A stretch of DNA of 64,000 bases from Epiperipatus broadwayi (GCA_028023455.1 JAQFVV010000006.1:8246001-8310000); one strand, 5' to 3'; positions 26,311-38,760 are shown, numbered from the stretch's first letter. Numbers and translations are program-made. The notes: generated by a model from the sequence alone, not told the origin.

Positions 26311-27385
26311 TCATGTGATATTCAATACCAACTGTTAGGTTTAGCATTATAGTTTGATTCAAATAATACAACAGAGTTACGTTTTTTGGTCTATCAACTG
26401 GAAAATGATCCAGGAACCTTAAACTCTTGAGGATGCCATTCTACAAAAGTAACACCTGTGTTTTATATGGATTGAGGGTTATTTCTTTGCCTGCAACACA
26501 CAACTTGAATCTTCACCCCAGACAGGCAAATCACAGTTTATTTAATTTGATTTTCAAACATTTTGGTAAGACTAAAAAATTTATGCCATCCTCACTCAGG
26601 TCAGGTGACATTTGAGACCTAAGTTACGGGTTTAGCATTTGATTGAAATGATCTGAGTTTTTATCAACATTCCTCAGATGGGAAAATGATTTAGAAATCT
26701 TTAAGTCTTGAGTAAGCTGGTCCATCATCGAGTTAAAAGACTCAAGGCAAACATTTTAATAATGAGTCCATGATTCATACTTATAAAATATCTCATTCTA
26801 AAAATATCTAATGCAAATCAATACTTCAATGAATTAGTACATCCAATAGGGTTTGAGCTGTGTTGAAGTAGCCGACTCTGGAGGCCAAGATCTCCAGAAG
26901 CTTAGTTCTGTGACATCCAGTACTCAAATTTTGTATAAACTTCCAAAAAATTAGCTATTTGATTGTTTAATTTAATCTTAATGTGTATGTTTCCCTAAGA
27001 AGTATAATCCAGTTAACAGATAAATTGTATCTATTTTCTCATCAATAGTAACTTTTGTCTGGCATTTGAAAAATAATCTTGTAAGGTGAAGAATTTAATT
27101 TACTTAAGCAAATCAAATTTATGGTGAAATCCAGATCTCATATCAGGATCCTAAATAAATTCTAGTAGGTCATTCTTAACAGCAATTTAAAAGTATTTTG
27201 TTAGTTAAATGTACAATGTTTTCTTAATAATCAATAAAGCAAGTCATATATAGTGTGACATTGCTTTTATGAGTTTTTATATACCAATATGTAATATAAA
27301 GAGCATACCAATAGCTCAAACAAGTTCTTAATTGATAAGTGTGGTAAGAGAAAAATATTTAAAATCTCTATCTAGAACATTCCTA

Positions 27386-27431
27386 TCCTCAGACCAATTG
27401 GTTTCGAGCTTTTGGCTTACCTCAGTGAGGA
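27386..27431 (-). ncRNA. Family C type-I hammerhead (two core substitutions)
   Basis: Minus strand TCCTCA-CTGAGGT-AAGC CAAAA GCTC-GAAA-C CAATTG G-TC^TGAGGA. Perfect 6-bp stem I; palindromic stem III ACCAATTGGT. Lies within repeat ~27300-27480. Confidence 0.65.
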
Positions 27432-28412
27432 GCTAGAATATTCAGACACTAGATCTAATATCACCTCAAAACCCAGTACTTATTTAATATATAACATTTA
27501 AATAGAAACTCTGAAATTTTCGGACATGAAAATATCTTTAACTCCAGCTATCTAACTTTTAGCTATATGGGACTCAACCAAATTCAGTTCTACCATATAT
27601 TAATAGCCTTAGTTTGTTAAACAAAATTATATAGAATTCTTTGTTTTAATTAACTAATTTTCTCACTTAGAAAGGGGGGGGGTCTTTTTCGCATGATAAA
27701 AACATTTAGATATTTAAAAAATAAATAATTTTACTTGCAAATATAGATATGTTAAAATTGCACAAATTGGTTCCTCTATATCCATGAAGTTTAGATGAAA
27801 TTATAGGGGATTTGAACCCAGACTTTCAAGCTCCATCTATCCATCCAATCTATCTCATACAACTGATACACACGATTTTGTGCAATTTTATTGAATCAAG
27901 ATTTGAAAAAACAAAATAGAATACATACAATGCACAAATATATATATACATTTTATTTTTTTCAATGTTTTATTGCGAATCCATTAATGTCTTCGTCCTA
28001 GTTTTATTATTATTTTTGCGTATTCTGATTCAATACTAATGAGGAGTTGACTTCACATTAACGTGACCAGAAAATTCCGAAACATTTAGGTAAACAACGT
28101 AACTGAAAAATCTGCATTACTACAAATTATAGTACATCTACAATTGTATTATTTCGCATACGATATTCGTTGTAGTACTTATAAATTAAAGACGAAAAAA
28201 AAAAAGGAAACGTAATTTCATTTAGCAAGTGATAAAATGTTTTAATTTTCGAAAGACATAGATCAAGCAGACCCGGGGCGTTGATAAATGCGAGGTCATA
28301 TGCCATCGCAATGCTCTCAGACCAATTCTGTTCATGAGATTAGGGGCGCTGACATTTATATTGCACAAAGGTGCCTCACAACCACATGGTGGGCCCGTGT
28401 ACATTCACATAT

Positions 28413-29347
28413 CATCAACATCATCATCAACCATTATCAATCCACTGCAGGATGAAGGTCTCTCCTAGTTCAATCCATCTTTTCCTATCTTTAGCTTCTC
28501 TTCTCCATATCACCCCTGCACACTTTCTTATTTCATCCACCCATCTCACATGTGGTCTCTTTCTGGGTCTTTTACAATCTCTTGGAAACCAGTTTAAAAT
28601 TTCAATTGTCCATCTGTTATCATCTCTTCTAACAATATGTCCAGCCCAACTCCACTTCAGTCTTTTAATTTTTTCAATGAGGTCAGTAACACCTGTTTGT
28701 TCTCTTGCCCATACATTGCGTTTTCGATCCCTTCTTATTATTCCCAACATGCATCTCTCCATACTTCTTTGAGTGGTCTGAAGTCTCTGTATTGCTCTTC
28801 TGTTAAGTGTCCATGTCTCAGATCCATAAGTAAGAACTGGCAAAACACATTTATTAAAAACCTTCCTCTTCAAACACATAGGCATATTTCCTTTTAGTAT
28901 CAAGTTATTTCTACCAAAAGCACTCCAACCAAGTTTAATTCTATGATTAATTTCATCCATTATATTTCCACCTGTATTAATAATCTGACCAAGGTATTTG
29001 TAACTGTTAACTTCTTCTAACTCATCATAATCAATCTTTATTTTTATATTTTGAGAAAATCTATTAAACATTACTTTAGTTTTTTTTAACATTTATCTTT
29101 AGTCCTACTTTCATCTGATAACTCCTGCAACATTTCCTGTAGCTCTAAAGCATTATTTGCAAAAACAACTACATCATCTGCAAAATCTAAATGATAATCT
29201 CCATTTATTTTCACTCCTTTAGCTTCCCATTTTAATCCACAAAATACTTCTTGCAGCACTGCTGTAAAAAGTTTTGGAGATATGGAGTCACCCTGTCTTA
29301 CACCCTTTTCAATGTTGATTTTCCTACTATCATTAGGTAATCTATTC
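28413..29347 (-). mobile_element. 5'-truncated RTE-clade LINE (RT C-terminal half)
   Basis: GVRQGDSISPKLF, FADD, YKYLG, LTYGSETW, KWSWAGHIVR, RW.DEI motifs; (TGA)n-like tail; 12-bp TSD ACATTCACATAT at 28401-28412 and 29348-29359; one frameshift near 29090. Confidence 0.95.
28427..29347 (-). pseudogene. RTE reverse transcriptase fragment (ORFs 29086-29355 and 28427-29092)
   Basis: ORF track; 5'-truncated and frameshifted. Confidence 0.9.
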
Positions 29348-29969
29348 ACATTCACATATAAGCCTTATTATATCTGTTACAATTATAATAATAAACACTT
29401 GATAGATAATTAGGGCCGTATTTGAGCAAGAAGGAAGAAAAATCGAAATTTTTTTTTTCCAAATAAAAGTTAATCAGAAGGCGCTATTTATTTATCAATG
29501 TATCAAGTTTCCCAAAATTCTACTTTTTAAAACTAATCTAAAACAGAAAATATCAACAAATGATAATATTTGATTATTTTCATTAGTAAGGATTTACCAC
29601 TACTGACACAACTTTCTGAATATAGCACGACAATTCTGGATATATACCATAAATTTTGAAGAGATTTTACGCAATTAAGATGCAGCTTTTTTTAAAAAAA
29701 AAAAATTTTTTACCTAAAGCTTGAATAATTTCATTTCGATTTAAGACAGAAACAATCTCAAAAATGCAAGTCTAATTGTGAGAATGTTAGCACTTAGCAG
29801 GGAAGAATTCAAATGACATTTGTTGAAATGAAATCATCTAATGAATTTCAAAGTATCTTATCAGTTAAATAAAACGTAAATGACTTCATTAAAATTTTTA
29901 TTGTAAATCTCCAATATTTTTATACTTCCTTTATATTTATCCAATGTTTAAAGATCTTATGTGGATTTT

Positions 29970-30064
29970 CCTTTCATGTGTCAAAGCATCGGCTTGGGAA
30001 GCGAACCCGCAAATCCGGGACAACTGCTTGTAAGGCAGCCGTGCTGACCACTCGACCACCAAAG
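29970..30064 (-). mobile_element. Family E tRNA(Val-like) SINE
   Basis: Minus strand TGGTGGTCGAGTGGTCAGC (A-box), CT-TAC-AA loop, GGGTTCGCTTCCC (B-box). 14-bp TSD CTTATGTGGA(T/C)TTT at 29956-29969 and 30065-30078. Confidence 0.85.
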
Positions 30065-30148
30065 CTTATGTGGACTTTTTTTTTAAAAAAAGAATTAAAT
30101 ATTTCTTTTTGTTTCATACACCCTTTTTTAGAAACAATTTTTATTCAT

Positions 30149-30431
30149 AAACAGACAAAACTCTCTCGATACAGTAATGCCACTCAAAGCAAGACAGAGT
30201 AATCAATGGGTGCCAGAAGGTTTGTGCATAAAATCCCTATCTAGGGCCTACTAGTTTGGAGATATTGGATGAGTAGGCACTAGATAGGGATTTTATGCAC
30301 AAGCCTTCTGGCATCCATTGATTACTCTGTCTTGCTTTGAGTGGCACTACTGTATGGAGAGAGTTTTGCCTATTTTAATAACAGTTATGAGCAAGCATGG
30401 GAAATAGTGATCATGTGATGTTTAAAGGTTT
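30149..30431. mobile_element. Family A foldback insertion
   Basis: 13-bp TSD AATTTTTATTCAT (30136-30148, 30432-30444); arms meet at ...GCCTA|CTAGTTTGGAGAT (HHR cleavage region). Confidence 0.85.
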
Positions 30432-30534
30432 AATTTTTATTCATCTAATCAACCATCTATTTTTAGTAGGGCATACTATTAACAAGAAGTACAAACCTAA
30501 TTAGCCCGAGTATATTAATAATTTTTAATATACT

Positions 30535-30835
30535 TTCATTAAATGATGTGTGTCAAAGTTATGAGGACTACACATGTGACACTTATCAGTTAAACTATAT
30601 AATTTGCTATCCACACATATATTCTTTTTTTAAAAAAATGATAATATGTGTAAGAATTTGTGATCTGGATCAACTGATGAGTGCTGCTTTAGCACAAAAT
30701 GTGCATCTTGGGGGATCATAGATATTTTTCACATCTTTGGTCATATGTTTATGTGTGCATCCCTCCTCAAGGTGTAAAAAGTTGATAAAATCCAGTCACA
30801 ACCTAGCATGAGAGTAATGTAGAAATATTATTCAT
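30535..30835 (+). mobile_element. Family G monomer with HHR at 30671-30711
   Basis: CAA-CTGATGA-GTGCT GCTTT AGCAC-AAAA-T GTGC A-TC^TTG (G12 mutated); ends at GAAATATTATTCAT like the other copies. Confidence 0.7.
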
Positions 30836-33124
30836 AATTAGCCTGAACTATTATAATTATTCTTTCTTAGAATTTAAATGCTAAGTTTCTTTCTTTAATT
30901 ATGTTCTCTTCTTAAAAAATGAGAGTGTATATAAGGTGTTTTGAAATAACATATGGACATAAAAAAATATTATCTTAATTCTATTAGCTCATATATGGAA
31001 CAATTGTGTGATAAAAGAGCATTTTGATACATGAATTTTTGGTAATCGCTTTCAATGATATATACATAACTATCAACTCATTTCCTTTTGATTAGTTATC
31101 CAGTGTGATGAAGTTAGATCATGTGTCTGATAGGATACCTGGAAAAAGTTTTAAAATATGGTGATAATATTATCTTTAAAATTCATCAAATATATGTGCA
31201 ACTTGATCTTAAGAATGCTTCTATCGTTTCAATTATTATATAAAAAGGCAATAAAAAGATAATAGTTATTTCCGTAGAGTATTAATGTCATCCACAAATG
31301 ACCAACATGCATATGTATACAATAGAGCAAAACAAAAGCCGGAATACTGAACAATGCTTTTTGATCACGAATGTGCCAAGGGTCACACGCTTTCGTCATC
31401 CAATGTTAGAACAATTTGCTCCGAAAGAGAGGATAAGAAACTACAAAGAGGTTTGGGCAATTGCAAAGGATCCACATTCCATCAAGAAAAAACATTTATA
31501 TGTTCATTTGACCAAAAAATGGAATATGTAATTGCCTTATTTGCATACTGTGTCCCATTTACATATTAGATCACCTCAATTACATAAGCACACTTGCACT
31601 GCATAACTTTACTCGGCATTATGAGTCTGACAGTATTTTACCCAAAAAGCTGGCTCAGTGCAATTAATTAGCGTATGTTTATTAATTTATACTTTTTCAT
31701 AAGAACTCTATGTTAATGGGTGCTTAAGAATTATATAGTTTAATGAAAAGAGTTAATATGTTGAGAATTAAAATTGTTTTGAAAATTGTAACTAAACAGG
31801 CTATTTCGGGGCATTAATAAATAGTCAACAGAGACCCGGTATGATTTTTATTGCTAGGGAAATGCGAGAAAAATATCATTAAAAAAATTGTAATTTATAT
31901 ATTATTTTAGGTGATTTAGTTGCAGTGTTTTAATCAAGAATGCATGTGGCAATTTGATAAGTATTGTATTATCTACGAGTTCCTTATGCAAAAATTACAT
32001 GATAATATGACAGGATTTCTTATTATGCACGTGAAAAATTAGGGAATACTTGAAATAAAAGCAGATGTTAAAATCAAAGTTTGGTTTTCATTCTTATAAC
32101 CCTGAACTTTGCGACAATTTACAGGTAGTTTCAAGAAGGAGCCATCAAGAATGGTACATGGATTTCATCCAAGATCTAGAATATATTTATGATTAAGCCA
32201 TAAATTGCAAATTCAAAGATAATCCATAAAACTCTCTCAATATTTCGAAGGCTACCTCTAAAGACTTTCATTTAATAACCAGTTTTCAAAAGATTTCAAG
32301 TCCTTTATCAGACAATAATGGGTTAAAAATCTTCAGAAAATTTTGGTTTGGATGGGTATTAAGAATGCAAAACAGCCCCCAGGGTGCTGTTGCTGGTCAT
32401 AACAAGTTAAATGATAGCATGCTTCAGCATAGTGCAATAACAATAAATCTGTTTGTATGGGAGGGGGTGTTATTCTGTCAAATTTATTGAACAGATATAA
32501 AACAAATTTTTATCAGCATAATTTAATATATATGTGGTAGAAAAAAATTAATTCAACATGCAATACAATTTTCTGAAAATATGATTGAACATCATAAGAT
32601 TTACTTGTCCTATTCTTCAATTGGTTAGACATTGTTATGAAATTTGCAATTATGAAGATACCTTTCCAGTGGATTGAGCATGTAAAGTAAAATGTATAAT
32701 AATAGACTTCCTAAAAAAAGAAAATTATGATAAACATGAGTAAGATTTTCATGATGAAAGCACATTACAAAAATGATTTCAAAGACTCTCTATAAAAATC
32801 AAAATTGACTGCTTTCAATAAAAGCATATACTCAAATTAGAATATGACATAGAATGGTAATGAGACAAGATGTTGAAATCTTTCAATTCATTGCTGAAGT
32901 TTAAAAAAAAGAAAACTGCTCTGCAAAATATTAACATACAAGTATAAGATATATGTGGAAATATTAGTGTATTATGGATTGGATTATATAGTCATTGTAA
33001 AATTCATCTTTTATTTATTCTTTATATTTCTTTACCATTTTTGTCCCTGAAATTGTAATAATTATTCTCATTGGTGGTTTAATGAGGTTAAGAAAAGCAT
33101 TACAGTTATCTAATTGTATGAAAA

Positions 33125-33730
33125 TTTTTATAAATATATGAAATAACCTCAATACTACCTCATATTCTTTTAAATTCATATAAATAAAAGATACAATAAA
33201 AGACAAATGACCCCCAAAAAGCATTTTGTTCAGAACCAGCACTCATCAGTTGGTCCAGGTCACTATCACTTTTATATATCTTTATTACATGAAGAATATT
33301 TATCTATATTAAATAATTACATTTTGAATTACAAGTGTCAAATTAACCCAACCCACATCATTTACACCATCCAATTTAGATAGATATAGTAATGCCTATT
33401 ATTAATCATTTACTAAATTAAAGATTGTCTCTAGCACAAATATAAACTTTAAAACTCAATTAATGATTAATATAATTGATTTTTTAAAATTAAACACCCA
33501 AACATATGAAGTAATTCATAATTATTTGTCCCACATGTAATATCTTTATAAATATATGAAATAACCTCAATATTACCACATATTCTTTTAAATTCATATA
33601 AATAAAGATTTAATAAAAAGACAATCTCTAGTTTAGTAAATGATTAATAAGAGTCATTACTATATTTATCTAAATTGGATGGTGTCAAAGATGTGGGTTG
33701 AGTTAATTTGACACTTGTAATTCAAAATGT
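33125..33730. mobile_element. Family G-related complex insertion (HHR minus 33214-33253, inverted arms, ~85-bp flank duplication)
   Basis: 33320-33430 is inverted relative to 33620-33730; TTTATAAATATATGAAATAACCTCAATA... at ~33127 and ~33546. Confidence 0.65.
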
Positions 33731-34356
33731 AATGAAGATTTTTCTATCTGGAGTCAGCACACAATTGTGCATTATAAACTTTGCTAGTATTTGCAATTAT
33801 TTATGTGAATTAAATCATTATACTCCATGTTAAGTGTGAGCCAAATAAAATCTGGTGGAAAATGTGTAAATTTTAAACAGTTACAAAGAATGTTCTGGAA
33901 ACAAATATCAGTTAATGTTTACCACTATTTCACACTTGTGGATAAAAGAGCACATATGTTTATGTCATAAAGTCTCTCACTATATGCAAATTCTTAGAAG
34001 AACTGTGATCAAATGAGCTTACAAATCTAAACCCTCAGACTCTCCAACCAGAAAAGTCAGTCCAACTTTTGTACCAGAGTCCACTATCATGGTATTAAAA
34101 TAGAAAGTCAGGCTACCATTGCAGGTGGGGAGATTCAGATGTTTAATGCTTTAGCTAACCTATTGATGGAAGATTAATCTAAGATGATAAGACAAGTAGA
34201 CAAGGTCCATTCAATGTCTTCTCTGATTGATAGCTTACAAGAAGGCGGGACTCATATCAGGAATGCTGTGAATTAATGTGGTTGCTTATATTTAGTTTTA
34301 AGTATATATATGTGTGTGTGTAATAATGCCCAAGGTTAAATGGGTTTGTAAGTAGT

Positions 34357-34532
34357 CATTAAAAACGAGGCAACACTTAAACAATCACAATATCAATAAC
34401 AATTCAACAATTTCAAACTGTTGTCAAGGCAACCTTCTTTTAACAATAAAGGAGGCTGACTAGACAACAGTTTGAAATTACTGATTGTTATTGATATTGG
34501 GATTGTCTAAGTGCTGCCTGGTTTTTAATGAC
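34357..34532. repeat. Foldback; same family as 5165-5245
   Basis: GTCATTAAAAAC...AAACTGTTGTC / GACAACAGTTTGAAA...GTTTTTAATGAC. Confidence 0.85.
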
Positions 34533-35743
34533 ATATATGTGATTCAGACTATAATTTCTTGTCAAAAAAGTAAATCTTGCATGTAAGTAAAGATTGACTT
34601 AATTTTACAAAAGAACTTAAATCTTATTATGACAGTTTTGTTCATTTTTAATACGAGATTCTTGTCACTTAAAGATTTAATAATGAGCTTCGCTAATAGT
34701 TTTCAATATAGAAAATTTTGTCAGCTTTATTTTACTTAAAACTCCCTAAAGGAAATTATATGAATTGAATGCGAACACTTTTTCTTTCTATATTTTTATA
34801 CTGTAAAATTGTTTTGTGGGAAAAAAATTTTTCATTAAAAACAAAAAAACCTCCGTGGTGTGTGTGTGATCAGTAAAATACATTTTTTTAACGTATTAGA
34901 GAGTGCTATATTCAAAAGGCAATTTGAAGATGAATTAACAACTGGGGTTAGCAATAAAATCATACTTGTCTCACGGAATTTCATAGGTGTTGAAATCTAG
35001 ACAGAATCTAAATGATATAGTTGTTGAGAGGTGATCGAACTGAAATAGGGTGAGACGTATTTACGAATGGATTTAAACTATATAAAGCACACACAAAATT
35101 TTTTTAGTATATATAATTTTTATTAGCTTGCATTTTTCATTATAAAGAAAGGGCTTTACATCATTTTTTGTTCAAAGCACACTTACTATGTACATTAACC
35201 CGCATGCTATAGAGGGACGGTAAAGTGACAACATTGAAAAGTTAAGGTGCTACCAATCTCAATTGGTGACTTTTTCTGCTCAAACATCAAATAACGTCCT
35301 ACCTCCTATGCAACAAATCATTGGATTAATTTTTATTATGTCTATTACATGTGTCTAGAGCAGGAGTACAGCAGCCAATCCAAATTAAACTTTCCTGGAT
35401 TGATTCTCAACGGGGTAAATTAAAACAATCACATCGATCTGAACAACTGAATAAAAATTGTTGCATTTAAATTTGGTTGATTGAATAAAATTCCTTGAAT
35501 TCAATCAATCTCTTGATGATCCAACATCAGATTCATTATTAGACAACTAACCAAAATTTACTATTGAGGCCCTGTGTGCTTTAACAAAGTAGTAGAATGG
35601 AAGAACTCAAAATTTAAAGATTCCTGGCTTGATTTTTACCTGTATGCATCGTAATATCCCATACAGTTATTTTTTTATATTACACTACATACATGTTAGC
35701 CATAAAGACATAAAGATCATGAGTGAATTTTGGAAGAACTCTG

Positions 35744-35997
35744 CAATTCTTCTTCATATATATATACTGCTTATAATACTCCTCTCATATACACTTTAAT
35801 GCAAAACATTTTTTAATAAAATTCTTTATTTTCCTGACAGTAAAATTTTAAAAGGTAAAGGAAATTGAGAATGCTCTGATGAAGACTGCTGGATAGTCGA
35901 AACTGTCAGGAAAATAAAGAAGTATTATTATTATTTTTTTTTTTTTTTGCATTAAAGTATATATGAGAGGAGTATTATAAGCAATATGTATGAAGAA
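35744..35997. mobile_element. Family B foldback with HHR in the loop (35873-35910, +)
   Basis: CTGATGA-A-GACT GCTGGAT AGTC-GAAA-CTG-TC^; arms ~35749-35841 and 35902-35997; flanking repeat GAAGAACTCTG at 35733-35743 and 35992-36002. Confidence 0.75.
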
Positions 35998-36755
35998 CTC
36001 TGAAACTTAATAGAATGATCATAATTAAAATTCACATTTTCAAAATTTACCAAAACATGGTGAACATAAGATCATCAAATGAATTTCCTTAAAGAAAAAA
36101 AATTGAGGAAAAAAAAAATTTATCTTGCATTTTAAATTTAAGCGTAATAATGATTAAAATTGCACCTCAAACTTTCTAAAATATTTTCATATTCAAATCA
36201 AACTCTTATTGCATATTGTATTACTAAATCAATAAAAGTTTTTTATCCTGGAGTTCCACATGCATTTTGAGCACTAGAAGTGGCATAGTTAAACTGCAAT
36301 CCACAGATCTTGACCTCTACAATCTGCAACATTACCAATACAATAAACTAAGTGGGGAATTATATTATTAAAAGTCAAAAGGTCAACACTGACTCCGAGT
36401 AATCACATATAGCATTTCTCCAAACTGCCACATCATCTGTAAATAGTAAACAAAACAATCATACATCATATGACTCAATTTTATAAGCTTGTAACTAAAA
36501 AATAATGAGGGTGTTAAGAGCTCCAACAAGTTTTATTGATAAATGCCACAAGAGAAAATATCATCTTTATTTTTTAGGTTTCTCATATGCATATTCATTA
36601 TTGCAATGATGGAATTTACCCACTCATTTCTTTATCTTTCTCCCCACGAATCTATCCAAGAAATATTATTTTCCTAAGAATCAGACTTCATCACATGATC
36701 AAACTAGGACAATCCTAGCCTATTTATATTTATACAAGCCAAAAACTAGTCAGTC

Positions 36756-36990
36756 ACTTTAAAATTCAATATTCATGAATCTAAGGGTTCAAGTTCAAAT
36801 CCCATGCTAGTGCCGTCATCCAGCCAGCAACACTTGAAGAAGAGAAAAAAATAATTTAGTTTTAAATGAGCTATACACTAATCTGTGTACTATTACTTGT
36901 AGTTGAACATATTTGAAAAGCTTATATACAACTTTTCTAAAAACATTTTACAATTAATAATAGTTATGGAAATAGTCTAACATATAATTA
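36756..36990 (+). mobile_element. Family D SINE copy (degenerate)
   Basis: GAATCTAAGGGTTCAAGTTCAAATCCCATGCTAGT...GCCAGCAACACTTGAAGAAGAG matches 40068-40140. Confidence 0.7.
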
Positions 36991-37249
36991 TTACTAACTT
37001 TCTGTTTTTTATGTATATAAACTAGCCTAACTAGTATATATTTTTCAGCATTTGCATATTCAAAACAATCATTTCCGATTACATATATAAGTACCTTTTA
37101 TCAGAATAAAGGTAATTACAATTTTTTTTAAACTTTACTATAAATTTTAAAAAATTTTTATGCAGTAAATCACAATTATTCATTTAAAATACAAGAGTGG
37201 ACCACTGGCGAAAGAGATTTGCATCTCTTAATAAACCTGAAAGCAATAC

Positions 37250-37740
37250 TGACAGAAGATGGATAGACCAAAATTAAGCGATCAAACAAAATACTCCAAT
37301 TTGGGAAATATTATATTGCCCCCCCCCCCTGCATACCAGCTAGTGTACATGAATTGTGCTTCAAAACCAAAAGTTAAGACAATAACAAAGAAAAATGAAC
37401 ATAGTACCTTTCTACAGAAATAGATTATTAAAGTGATAAGATGGAATGTGGACAAAAAAAGCAAATTAAGAGATCAAAGAAGTGCCAGGAATGAAGAAAC
37501 TGAAGAAAGATGATTTAGATGGTGTGATCATGATGAAAGAATAAATAAGAACAGAATGCAAGGTATGATGGATTGAAAAGTGGAAGGAATTAAAAAGAGA
37601 AGAAGTCTAAGGAAAGGAGAAAAAAGACATAAAGAACCGCAAACGATAAAATGGTCTTCAGATGCCAATATTATGGATAGGGAAATGTGGAGAATAAAAA
37701 TACTGGAGATTTTTGATTTAGAATACTTTCAGCAATGGGG
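37250..37740 (+). mobile_element. Old RTE-type LINE 3' fragment (different subfamily)
   Basis: Purine-rich degenerate coding remnant resembling the post-RT R.L.W.GHV.R...G.R.RGRP region. Confidence 0.4.
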
Positions 37741-38111
37741 AATTCTGGAGAAAATTTAATAAATCAGTGTTGATTGCTTATAGAGCATCTGACAAGAACA
37801 GAGTTTAAATACTATGCAATTTTTATGAACATTGTAGTATGTAAAAGTTTATAAAATCCTCTAGATAGCATAAAGAGTTAATATCACTTCAAATTACTAC
37901 GTATTTACAGCATCATTAAATTATCTATTTAATGAATAACTATATGTATCTAAAACCTTCCAATAATTAACCACTGAATATACTGAAATTCTCATTTTAA
38001 AATTATTTACTAAATTGTATATATTAATTTATACTAAATAATTCTATAAATCATTAATATTTTTTTAAAAAAAAAAAACATTAAATCAAATACAAACTAA
38101 ACTGTTCTAGT

Positions 38112-38760
38112 GAATAATATTTCTGTAGTGTAATTTTCACAAGACCACTCTCATGCAAGGTAGTTACTGGTTTCTATCCACTTTTAATACCTTGTGGGAG
38201 GGGGGGTGTAATCATAAGCATATATCCAAAGGCAAGATGTATGATTCCCCAAGATGCATATTTCATAATGAACCAGCACTCATCAGTTGGCCCAGATCAC
38301 ATTCTCTTACACCTACTTTTATCATTATTTAGTATATAGAGTGAAGGAATTACTACAGTTTAATTTATGTGTCAAACTTACTGCCCTAACAACTTTGACT
38401 CAAACCACTTGATGGAAGTATATTATTAATTTTTATTAATCATTTATTAGACTAAGATTATCCATTAATGAATAATATTTCTGTAGTGTAATTTTCACAA
38501 AACCACTCCCATGCAAGATCGTTACTGGTTTCTATCCATTTGTAATACCTCGTGGAGGGGTGGAAGCATAAACATATGACCAAAGACATGAAAAAGATGT
38601 GGATTCATGATTGCACCCCCCCCCACAAGGTGTTAAACATGGATAGAAACTAGTCCCTACTTTGTGTGAAAATGGGGCAGTAAAAATTATGCTACAGAAA
38701 TATTATTTCATTAAGTAAATAATCTCTATTCTAATGAATGACTAATGAAAATTATTAATA
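38112..38760. mobile_element. Family G: minus-strand tandem (~355-nt period) plus inverted plus-strand arm; HHR 38249-38290 (-)
   Basis: TGAATAATATTTCTGTAGTGTAATTTTCACAA at ~38112 and ~38469. Minus strand CCAA-CTGATGA-GTGCTGGTTCATTAT-GAAA-T ATGC A-TC^TTGG. Confidence 0.8.

Noticed and set aside
28371-28897. Plus-strand ORFs of 133 and 86 aa
   Set aside because: Antisense shadows of the RTE RT frame; likewise 57831-58070 against ORF1.
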